DNA of 64,000 nt from Aminivibrio pyruvatiphilus. GTDB taxonomy: Bacteria; Synergistota; Synergistia; Synergistales; Aminobacteriaceae. The translations under genes were made by a program, and so were the position numbers. The notes beneath the pieces were generated by a model. The model was not told the DNA's origin. It did not search any database and saw only the letters and a list, made by a program, of their open reading frames with translations. This document shows, piece by piece, positions 56,594-64,000 of this stretch (the first letter of the stretch is position 1; each line of letters opens with the position of its first letter). The stretch is taken from NCBI RefSeq assembly GCF_004366815.1, contig NZ_SORI01000015.1:1148-65147 (forward strand). The letters run 5' to 3'.

Positions 56594-57556
56594 ATGTTCA
56601 GGCTATCAAAAGTTTGTATGTGTGCATTTCTGGTCCTGTTTGTCATTGCCGCTCCATCCTTCGCAGCCTTTCCCGACGGAAAGCCGATTCGCATAGTGAA
56701 TCCTTTCGCCGCCGGGGGAGCTGGAGACGTGGAGGTGCGTATGCTTGCCCCTCTCATGGAGAAGCATTTCGGAGTCCCCGTGGTCGTAGAAAACATGACA
56801 GGCGCCGGCGGGCGCATCGCGTACGACAAGATGTACAGGGAAACAGCCGACGGACACACTCTTTTTTACAACAACCAGCCTGCACTGCAGCTGGGAGAGT
56901 TCCTGTACGACGGAAGGTACAAGGGGAATGAATTCACCTATCTCGTCAACGTCGTCAACGATCCCCGGTATCTTCTCGTTCTGAAAAGTTCCCCCTACCA
57001 GACATTCCAGGATCTTCTCGAAACATCGAAAAAAAAGGACATATCCTGTGCAGTGTCCGGCCTTGGAAGCAGCGGACACCTGGGCAGCGTTCAGCTTGTT
57101 CTTGCGGGCCTGAAGCACAGGATAGTGCCTTTCGACGGAACTGCTCCGTCAAAGGCTGCCTTCCTCGGAGGACATGTGACGTTCTGGATTGCCGGCTACA
57201 GCGAGCTGAAGGCCCTGCTTGCAGACGACAAAATCAGGGTGCTCGCCACTCTGAACGACAAGCGCATCGCACCCTACGATTATCCGACCCTTTCCGAAAT
57301 GGGACTGCCGGAAGTTGCTGTCTACAACATGCGGGGCATCTGCGCTCCCCCCAGTCTTCCTGAAGATATCCGGGCTCTTCTCATTGAAGGGATCAGCAAG
57401 GCGGTAAATTCGGAAGAAATTCAGAAATGGGCGGCTGAAACGGACAGGCCAATGCTCTTCGCAGCCGGAGACGATTATTTCAAGCTTCATGAAGAGACGA
57501 CGAAAATGGTGCTGGACGCTCTTCCAATGATGAAAGAGAGCATCGGAAAGAAATAA
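56594..57556 (+). CDS. tctC: Tripartite tricarboxylate transporter substrate-binding protein (TctC / Bug family)
   Basis: Signal peptide. KPIRIVNPFAAGGAGDVEVRMLAPLMEKHFGVPVVVENMTGAGG is the TctC family block. Confidence 0.8.
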   Translation: MFRLSKVCMCAFLVLFVIAAPSFAAFPDGKPIRIVNPFAAGGAGDVEVRMLAPLMEKHFGVPVVVENMTGAGGRIAYDKMYRETADGHTLFYNNQPALQLGEFLYDGRYKGNEFTYLVNVVNDPRYLLVLKSSPYQTFQDLLETSKKKDISCAVSGLGSSGHLGSVQLVLAGLKHRIVPFDGTAPSKAAFLGGHVTFWIAGYSELKALLADDKIRVLATLNDKRIAPYDYPTLSEMGLPEVAVYNMRGICAPPSLPEDIRALLIEGISKAVNSEEIQKWAAETDRPMLFAAGDDYFKLHEETTKMVLDALPMMKESIGKK

Positions 57557-57615
57557 TGTGAAGCGGAAACACTTGTTCCGGGAAGTTAATCAGGATCCTG
57601 AAAGGGGACTATGAA

Positions 57616-58560
57616 ATGAAAAAAAGTATGCTCGCAGTAATGCTCCTTCTGTGTGTGGCGGCGGCTCCCGCTTTTGCTGACGACGTGTTCGTCCGCATAG
57701 GGACGAGCAGCGTGGGCGGAGGATTCTATCTCATCGGCAATACCATCGCCCAGCTCGGAACCGAGGTCGAGAAGAGCATCAACTTCACCGCGGTCACCGG
57801 TGGATCCATCAAGAACTGCATCAACCTCGGCACCAAGGAAGTGGAGCTCGGCATGGTGCAGTCCTCCACCGTGAACGATGCCTGGAACGGCACCGGGTCG
57901 TTCAAGGAGCCCATCAAGACCCTCCGGTATGTGACGGCCATCTATCCCATGCCCGCCCACATCCTTGTGAACCTTGACGCCGGAATCAAGAGCATCGGCG
58001 ACTTCAAGGGCAAGAGGGTCGACTATGGTTCGGTCGGACAGGGCATAGAGGTCAACGTCCGTGAAATGATGTCCGTGTACGGCCTTACCGATGACGACGT
58101 CAGGATCGAACGTTTCGGCCGCGCCGAAGTGGCCGAGGCCCTGAAGGTGGGCGATTCCCAGGCCCACATCTGGACCACCAATGCGCCGAACGCCCAGGTC
58201 ACGGACATGATCCGCTCCGGCAAGGTGGGACTCATCGGCATCGAAGCGGACAAGATCAGGGAAATCGTCGAAAAGTATCCCCACTATGCGCCCGTTACGA
58301 TCCCCGGCGGAGTCTATGCCGGATATGAGAAGGACATCCCCGTGGTGGGCGCCGTCGGTTCGCTCCTCACCTACGAGGACATGCCCGAAGAGGTCATTTA
58401 CAAGATCACGAAGATGATCCACGGCAACACGAAATTCCTGCAGGAAAGGCTGAATTACTTCAACAGCCTCACCCTCGACTTTGCGCTGGCCGGAATGTCC
58501 GTGCCCCTTCACCCCGGCGCGAAGAAGTTTTACGTTGAAGCCGGCCTGATCAAGGAATAG
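57616..58560 (+). CDS. TRAP transporter solute receptor, TAXI family
   Basis: Signal peptide; VRIGTSSVGGGFYLIGNTIAQL TAXI motif. Confidence 0.8.
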   Translation: MKKSMLAVMLLLCVAAAPAFADDVFVRIGTSSVGGGFYLIGNTIAQLGTEVEKSINFTAVTGGSIKNCINLGTKEVELGMVQSSTVNDAWNGTGSFKEPIKTLRYVTAIYPMPAHILVNLDAGIKSIGDFKGKRVDYGSVGQGIEVNVREMMSVYGLTDDDVRIERFGRAEVAEALKVGDSQAHIWTTNAPNAQVTDMIRSGKVGLIGIEADKIREIVEKYPHYAPVTIPGGVYAGYEKDIPVVGAVGSLLTYEDMPEEVIYKITKMIHGNTKFLQERLNYFNSLTLDFALAGMSVPLHPGAKKFYVEAGLIKE

Positions 58561-58638
58561 GGCCTCGTCTGCGGCGGGAGGACGGCGCGCTGGCGCCGGA
58601 TCCTCCCGCCTTTTGATATCGGGAATTTCAGGGAGGAA

Positions 58639-60564
58639 ATGATGGATACTACTGTTTCCGAAAACCAGGAGAAAAAAGTGTCTTCCGGCAAAAAGCGCTC
58701 CTTTTCGGGGAATCTCAAGATTCTTGTCACGGTTTTCACCGTTGCCCTTGCGGTCTTTCAGCTCTACACCGCCTTTTTCGGCGTTCTGCCCGCCATGCAG
58801 CAGAGGAGCCTTCACCTTGCCTTTGTTCTGCCGCTGATCTTCCTGCTCTACCCCATGTGGAAAACATCGCCGAAGGACCGTCCCAGCCTCTTCGACTGGA
58901 TCTTCGCAGCAGCCGCGGCGGCCTGCACGGTCTACGTGTACCTCATGTACGAGGACATCGCGAGCAGGGCGGGAATGTACACCCAGTACGAACTCTATCT
59001 CGGTGTCGCCATGATTTTTCTTGTCTTTGAAGCCGCACGGAGAGTCCTCGGATATCCGCTGCCCATTTTCTGCGGCCTCTTCATCCTCTTCGCCTATTAC
59101 GGGCGGTCCATGCCCGGGCCATTCAAACACTTCGGACTGTCAATCCCGCGCATCATCGAGGAGCTTTACCTCACCACGGACGGTCTGTTCGGACTCGTGA
59201 CGGGGGTTTCGGCGACCTATATCTATCTGTTCATCCTGTTCGGGGCATTTCTCAGTTCCACGGGAACGTCCCAGTTCTTCAACGACCTTTCCATGGCCCT
59301 TACCGGGCACCTCAAGGGAGGACCGGCAAAAATCGCCGTTGTCTCAAGCGCCCTCATGGGGACCATCAGCGGCAGTACCTCCGCCAATGTGGCCACTACC
59401 GGCGCCTTTACCATTCCCCTGATGAAGAAGATCGGGTATCAGCCCCATTTCGCCGGAGCGGTCGAAGCGGCGGCATCCACAGGGGGCCAGATCATGCCTC
59501 CCGTGCTTGGAGCTGCGGCGTTCATCATCGCGGACTCCCTGGGTATTTCCTATCTCAAGGTGCTGAGCGCGGCGGTCGTTCCCGCCATTCTCTATTTCTG
59601 GAGCATCTGGTGCTGCCTGAGTCTGGAGGCGGCAAAGCTGGGACTGCAGGGGCTGCCGAAGGATGCCCTCCCCAGGGTGAAGGATGTCCTGGTCAAGAGC
59701 GGGTACAAGTCCATACCCCTTTTCGGCATCATCTATTTCCTCGTCCAGGGATACAACCCGCTGTACGCCGGATGCTGGGGAATAGTCCTTGCAACCCTTC
59801 TCAGCTTTGTAAAAAAGGAAGACAGGCTTGACATCAAGTCCTTCATCGCCACTCTCGAGGACGGTTCAAAGAGCGCCCTTTCCGTCGCCATTGCCTGCGT
59901 CATCGTCGGCGTGGTCATCGGGATGATGGGCGCCACCGGGATCGCCCTGAAAGTCGGGGACGTCATTCTCAGCTTCACGAAAGGGAATCTGCTGCTGACG
60001 CTGATTTCCACCATGATCCTCTCCATGATCCTCGGGATGGGGATGCCCACCACGGCAAGCTACGTCATGGCAAGTGCCGTGGCGGCCCCCGCCCTGATTC
60101 TTCTCGGGGCAAAACCCCTGGATGTCCACTTCTTCGTATTTTTCTACGCCGTTCTTTCCTCGGTCACTCCTCCCGTGTGCGTAGGCGCCTATACAGCGGC
60201 TGGAATCGCCGGGTCGGACCCCAACAAGACGGCCTTTACGTCCATAAAGCTGGCCCTTGCCGGTTTTATCGTTCCCTTCGTGTTCATCTATTCGCCCGAG
60301 ATCATGCTGACCAACGTGGTGAGCTGGCCTGTGACCATCTTTGCCATAATCACCGCATTGATCGGCGTGTTCGGCCTTTCCATAGCGACGGAGGGCTACA
60401 TCGCGGCGCCCGTTCCTTTCTGGGGACGCCTGCTGGCCTTTGCCGGGGCGGTTCTCCTCATCTTCCCCGGGGTTGTAACCGACGCGGCGGGTTTTTCTCT
60501 TCTCGGACTGGTGATTTTCTATAACCTGAAGTTCCAGAAAAGATCAACACCTGCCGGCGCGTGA
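58639..60564 (+). CDS. TRAP transporter fused permease (DctQ-DctM fusion, TAXI-associated type)
   Basis: 641 aa, ~16-18 TM; follows directly after the TAXI receptor gene. Confidence 0.85.
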   Translation: MMDTTVSENQEKKVSSGKKRSFSGNLKILVTVFTVALAVFQLYTAFFGVLPAMQQRSLHLAFVLPLIFLLYPMWKTSPKDRPSLFDWIFAAAAAACTVYVYLMYEDIASRAGMYTQYELYLGVAMIFLVFEAARRVLGYPLPIFCGLFILFAYYGRSMPGPFKHFGLSIPRIIEELYLTTDGLFGLVTGVSATYIYLFILFGAFLSSTGTSQFFNDLSMALTGHLKGGPAKIAVVSSALMGTISGSTSANVATTGAFTIPLMKKIGYQPHFAGAVEAAASTGGQIMPPVLGAAAFIIADSLGISYLKVLSAAVVPAILYFWSIWCCLSLEAAKLGLQGLPKDALPRVKDVLVKSGYKSIPLFGIIYFLVQGYNPLYAGCWGIVLATLLSFVKKEDRLDIKSFIATLEDGSKSALSVAIACVIVGVVIGMMGATGIALKVGDVILSFTKGNLLLTLISTMILSMILGMGMPTTASYVMASAVAAPALILLGAKPLDVHFFVFFYAVLSSVTPPVCVGAYTAAGIAGSDPNKTAFTSIKLALAGFIVPFVFIYSPEIMLTNVVSWPVTIFAIITALIGVFGLSIATEGYIAAPVPFWGRLLAFAGAVLLIFPGVVTDAAGFSLLGLVIFYNLKFQKRSTPAGA

Positions 60565-60579
60565 ACGGGAGGTTACGTC

Positions 60580-60876
60580 ATGGTGCAGGAAAAGACCGGT
60601 GTTGCGGGGTCTCTTGAATCGTGTGACGCCCTTGTGATGGTGGTTCTTTCGCCTGAAAGGGAGGGCATCAGGATCGAGCTCGACAGCCCTTCCATGGCAT
60701 CCTTCGGCGGGGAGATGAGAAAAGCGGTCAGGGAGACACTGGAGTCCGCCGGTATTGTTCACGGTTTCGTCAAGGTGCAGGACCGGGGCTCCCTGGACTG
60801 CACCCTCCGGGCGAGAACCGAGACGGCGGCGCGAAGAGCCCTGGCCGTGCCCGATAGAGAGAAGGTGGAGGAATGA
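60580..60876 (+). CDS. citD: Citrate lyase acyl carrier protein (gamma subunit)
   Basis: VAGSLESCDALVMV...LDCTLRAR matches the CitD pattern (VAGTLESGDV...LDCILRAR). Stop overlaps the citE start. Confidence 0.75.
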   Translation: MVQEKTGVAGSLESCDALVMVVLSPEREGIRIELDSPSMASFGGEMRKAVRETLESAGIVHGFVKVQDRGSLDCTLRARTETAARRALAVPDREKVEE

Positions 60877-61766
60877 AAGCGAAACGGCTTCGCCGGACGT
60901 CTCTCTACGTGCCGGGAACCAACCCCGGCATGCTTGCCAACGCGACGGTCTACGGGGCGGACAGCGTCATTCTGGACCTTGAGGACGGCGTTCCCGTTTC
61001 AGAGAAGGATGCGGCGAGGATACTCGTCAGGAATGCCCTCAGGGCTGTGCCTTACCGGGGCGCGGAGGTCACGGTGAGGGTCAACTCCCTTTCCACCCCC
61101 TTCGGCAGGGACGATTTTGCGGAGATCATCCCCCTCGCGCCGGAAGCCATCCGGCTGCCGAAGTGCGAATGTGCCGACGACGTCCGGGAGGCCGACGCCC
61201 TCATGACGGACCTTGAACTGAAAAACGGCATTGAACCGGGAACGGTGGGGATTATCGCCATAACCGAATCCGCCCGGGGAGGCCGGAACCTGTCCGAAAT
61301 TGCCGCCGCAAGCCCCCGGGTGATCGCCCTGAATTACGGCGCGGAAGACTACACCGCTGACATCGGGGCCGTGCGGACAAAGGAAGGCCGGGAGCTCGAC
61401 GATATCCGGGCCAAGGTCATCGTGGCGGCCAGGATTGCCGGGGTTCAGGCCCTCGACAGCGTCTTCGGCGACGTGAACGACATGGACGGTCTCTACGCGG
61501 AAGCGCTGCGGGTGCGCCTCCTGGGGTTCGACGGCAAGTCGGTTATTCACCCGAGGCAGATTTCCCTGGTGCACAGGGCGTTTACCCCCTCGGAACAGGA
61601 GACCGGTTTTGCCCGCAGGGTGATGGCCGCCTTCCGCGAGGCATCGTCCCGGGGGGCCGGGGTCATCGCCCTCGACGGCCGGATGATCGACGCCCCCGTG
61701 GTGGCCAGGGCTGAAAAGATCCTGGCCCTGGCGGAAGCGGCCGGATGCATTCCGGGAGAAAGGTGA
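60873..61766 (+). CDS. citE: Citrate (pro-3S)-lyase beta subunit / citryl-CoA lyase (HpcH/HpaI aldolase family)
   Basis: RRTSLYVPGTNPGMLANATVYGADSVILDLEDGV...ALNYGAEDYTADIG...GFDGKSVIHPRQI aligns with E. coli CitE. Confidence 0.85.
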   Translation: MKAKRLRRTSLYVPGTNPGMLANATVYGADSVILDLEDGVPVSEKDAARILVRNALRAVPYRGAEVTVRVNSLSTPFGRDDFAEIIPLAPEAIRLPKCECADDVREADALMTDLELKNGIEPGTVGIIAITESARGGRNLSEIAAASPRVIALNYGAEDYTADIGAVRTKEGRELDDIRAKVIVAARIAGVQALDSVFGDVNDMDGLYAEALRVRLLGFDGKSVIHPRQISLVHRAFTPSEQETGFARRVMAAFREASSRGAGVIALDGRMIDAPVVARAEKILALAEAAGCIPGER

Positions 61767-61771
61767 CCGCC

Positions 61772-63256
61772 ATGAATATGGATGCAGACAGCCGGAAAAC
61801 GTTCTTTTTCACCGGAGGGAGCAAGGATATTCCGTGCGTCCGGAAGAAAAGGGAGAAAGGAAAAATCGTCGCCTCCCTCGAGGAAGCCTTCCGATTGGCG
61901 GAAGTACGGGACGGCATGACCGTCTCCTTCCACCATCACCTCCGGGACGGCGACCTGGTGGTGAACATGGCCCTGGACGTGCTGGCGGACATGGGCATCA
62001 GGGACCTGGTCCTCGCCCCGTCGGCCCTTTTTCCCGTGCACGAGAGCCTGCTCCGCCACGTCCGGTCCGGGGTGATCCGGTCCATCGAGGGAAGCGTGAA
62101 CGGTCCGGTGGGCAGGGCCGCCTCGGAAGGGCTCTTTCCCTCGCCGGTGATCCTCCGTTCCCACGGCGGCCGGGTCCGGGCCATGCAGGCAGATGAGCTT
62201 CACGTGGATGTGGCCGTTCTGGCCGCCCCTGCAGCGGATGCCATGGGAAACCTGAGCGGCATTTCAGGCCCCTCGGCCTGCGGCTCTCTCGGGTATGCCT
62301 TTACCGACGCACAATATGCCGACAGGGTGATTGCCGTCACCGACAACCTTGTTCCCTACCCGGCCGTTCCCTTCTCCATTCCCCAGACTCTCGTGGACTG
62401 GGTCGTTCCCGTGGAGAGCATCGGCGTGCCGGAAAAAATCGTCTCCGGAACCCTCAGGGTCACCCGGGACCCTCTCCGGCTCATCATCGCGGAACAGGTG
62501 GCGAAAGTGGTGGAGGAGAGCGGCCTGTTCACCAGCGGTTTCTCCATGCAAGCAGGGGCGGGGGGAATCTCCCTCGCAGCATCGGCGTTTATTCGTGAAC
62601 GGATGAAAGCCGCAGGCATAAGGGGGAGTTTTATTTCCGGCGGCATCACGGGACAGAGCGTGGAAATGCTGGAAGAGGGGCTCTTCGAATCCCTGCTGGA
62701 CGTCCAGTCTTTCGACCTCGAGGCCGTGGCCTCCCTCGCCTCGAACCGCGGGCATGCGGAAATGAGCGCGTCCTTCTACGCCAATACGGCCTCCAAGGGA
62801 TGCGTGGTGGATATGCTCGACGTGGCGGTGCTCGGGGCAACCCAGGTGGACACGGACTTCAACGTCAATGTGAACACCGAATCGGACGGGGTGCTTCTCC
62901 ACGGCATCGGCGGCCACATGGACACCGCGGCCGGCGCCGCCGTGACCGTCGTCGTCACGCCACTGTTCCGGGGAAGGATGCCCATGGTCGTGGACAGGGT
63001 CCTGACGGTGACCACCCCGGGAGAAACGGTGGACGTGGTGGTCACGGAACGGGGCGTGGCGGTCAATCCCCGAAGAAAAGACCTCCTGGAGAATCTGCGG
63101 GGGAAAGGCATTCCGCTGATGGAGATCGGCGACCTGAAGAAAATGGCCGAGGAATTCACCGGAATTCCGAAGACCCCTTCCTTCGGGGAAAAAATCATCG
63201 GAATAGTGGAGTACCGGGACGGCACCGTCATCGATACTATCCGGCAGCGGCTCTGA
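61772..63256 (+). CDS. citF: Citrate lyase alpha subunit / citrate CoA-transferase
   Basis: ~495 aa CitF-family protein immediately after citE: GMTVSFHHHLRDGD...GISGPSACGSLGYA...DVAVLGATQVD. Confidence 0.85.
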   Translation: MNMDADSRKTFFFTGGSKDIPCVRKKREKGKIVASLEEAFRLAEVRDGMTVSFHHHLRDGDLVVNMALDVLADMGIRDLVLAPSALFPVHESLLRHVRSGVIRSIEGSVNGPVGRAASEGLFPSPVILRSHGGRVRAMQADELHVDVAVLAAPAADAMGNLSGISGPSACGSLGYAFTDAQYADRVIAVTDNLVPYPAVPFSIPQTLVDWVVPVESIGVPEKIVSGTLRVTRDPLRLIIAEQVAKVVEESGLFTSGFSMQAGAGGISLAASAFIRERMKAAGIRGSFISGGITGQSVEMLEEGLFESLLDVQSFDLEAVASLASNRGHAEMSASFYANTASKGCVVDMLDVAVLGATQVDTDFNVNVNTESDGVLLHGIGGHMDTAAGAAVTVVVTPLFRGRMPMVVDRVLTVTTPGETVDVVVTERGVAVNPRRKDLLENLRGKGIPLMEIGDLKKMAEEFTGIPKTPSFGEKIIGIVEYRDGTVIDTIRQRL

Positions 63257-63282
63257 ACCTACCCAGGACGCACGTGAAAAAG

Positions 63283-63321
63283 ATGCCTTTCCGGCTGTCT
63301 GTCCGGGGAGGCATCTTTTTT
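63283..63321 (+). terminator. Candidate intrinsic terminator after citF
   Basis: GATGCCTTTCCGG...CCGGGGAGGCATC stem followed by TTTTTT. Confidence 0.5.
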
Positions 63322-63426
63322 CCCCGCCCTGTTGCAATGAAGGGACATTCAATTTAGACTATAATTCCATGGAAGTGTACAATTCCTGGCCGCCCCGGCG
63401 GTTTCCGGACATCAGGAGGTGGAATC

Positions 63427-64000
63427 ATGTACGGTTATTGGGGAAAACTGCTTCGGGTAAACCTGACGAGCAGGGCCTGCAGGATCGACGATATTCCGGA
63501 GGAGACCTTCGACCTCCTGCTCGGAGGCTCGGCCCTCGGAGCGAAGATTCTTCTCGAAGAAACTCCGGCGAAGGTGGACCCCCTCTCCCCGGAGAACAAG
63601 CTCATCTTTGCCGTGGGCCCCTTCCAGGGAGTGAAGTTTCCCGGCAACGGAAAATGGAGCGTCATCACCAAGGGGCCCCTCACGGGAACCTTCCTCGAGT
63701 CGGCGGGTACAGGCCACTGGGCGCCCTATTTCAAGCAGTGCGGCTTCGATGCCGTGGTGTTCGAGGGGCGGGCGGACAGCCCGGTCTACGTGTTCATCAA
63801 GGACGGCGGCGCCGAGATCCGGGACGCTGCGTTCCTGTGGGGGAAGGATACCATCGAAACGGGGGAACTCATAAAGGAAGACCTGGGCGACAGGCGGATC
63901 AACGCCCTGAACATCGGTCCCGCCGGGGAGAGAATGCACCCCATCGCCTGCATTTCCTGTGACGGGCACAGCTTTGCCGGGCGCGGAGGGGCGGGGGCCG
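63427..64000 (+). CDS. Aldehyde:ferredoxin oxidoreductase (tungsten-type AOR family), N-terminal fragment; gene continues past the window end
   Basis: MYGYWGKLLRVNLTSRACRIDDIPEETFDLLLGGSALGAKILLEE...DPLSPENKLIFAVGPFQGVKFPGNGKWSVITKGPLTG...GFDAVVFEGRADSPVYVFIKDGGAEIRDAAFLWGKDT matches the AOR N-terminal domain. RBS AGGAGGTGG. Absent from the supplied ORF track because no stop is reached. Confidence 0.8.
   Translation, partial: MYGYWGKLLRVNLTSRACRIDDIPEETFDLLLGGSALGAKILLEETPAKVDPLSPENKLIFAVGPFQGVKFPGNGKWSVITKGPLTGTFLESAGTGHWAPYFKQCGFDAVVFEGRADSPVYVFIKDGGAEIRDAAFLWGKDTIETGELIKEDLGDRRINALNIGPAGERMHPIACISCDGHSFAGRGGAGA

Noticed and set aside
60580-63256. Declaring a complete citrate lyase system
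   Set aside because: citC, citX and citG are not in the window. Only citDEF are called, and the substrate is left open.

Overview
This is a high-GC (~60-65%) bacterial chromosomal window that is densely coding on both strands. The gene content points to an anaerobic peptide/amino-acid and organic-acid fermenter; the trailing sorting tags suggest Synergistetes, and Deltaproteobacteria are also possible. I found no rRNA, tRNA, CRISPR array or transposase.

The first ~30.5 kb looks accessory. Eight intergenic loci there are filled with arrays of one family of nested-palindromic, MITE/REP-like repeats, roughly 4-5 kb in total. Between the arrays sit a decayed HigB-like toxin with an intact HigA antitoxin, an archaeal-ATPase/DUF234 ATPase behind a 13-bp perfect palindromic operator, a small GIY-YIG nuclease, and a hypothetical+DUF72 gene pair. 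A secreted-protease island follows: a chagasin-like I42 inhibitor, two papain-like C1A peptidases and an S8 subtilisin, where all three proteases end in the same GGGC-hydrophobic-RRKK sorting tag. Next come a DUF2207/LemA pair and an operon encoding a thioredoxin-like protein (in-frame TGA at the active-site Cys, i.e. a candidate selenoprotein U-P-A-C), CcdA and a nitroreductase. The region closes with an M20 amidohydrolase, an HD-domain protein, a dppABCDF-like peptide ABC transporter operon extended by M42 and PepT peptidases, and an orphan LarB.

The remainder (30.5-64 kb) has no repeat arrays. It carries an SPFH/zinc-ribbon protein, an acyl-CoA synthetase, an ars operon (arsR-arsC-arsM::GNAT fusion-acr3) with a split COG0701-like permease next to it, an MFP-RND efflux pair translationally coupled to a radical SAM/SPASM enzyme, and a large tricarboxylate/citrate catabolic island. 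That island contains an FAD oxidoreductase, IclR, two isocitrate-lyase/PEP-mutase-family paralogs, a LeuCD-like dehydratase, RraA-like and DUF1932 proteins, TctABC, a TAXI-TRAP transporter and citDEF. The window ends inside an aldehyde:ferredoxin oxidoreductase gene.
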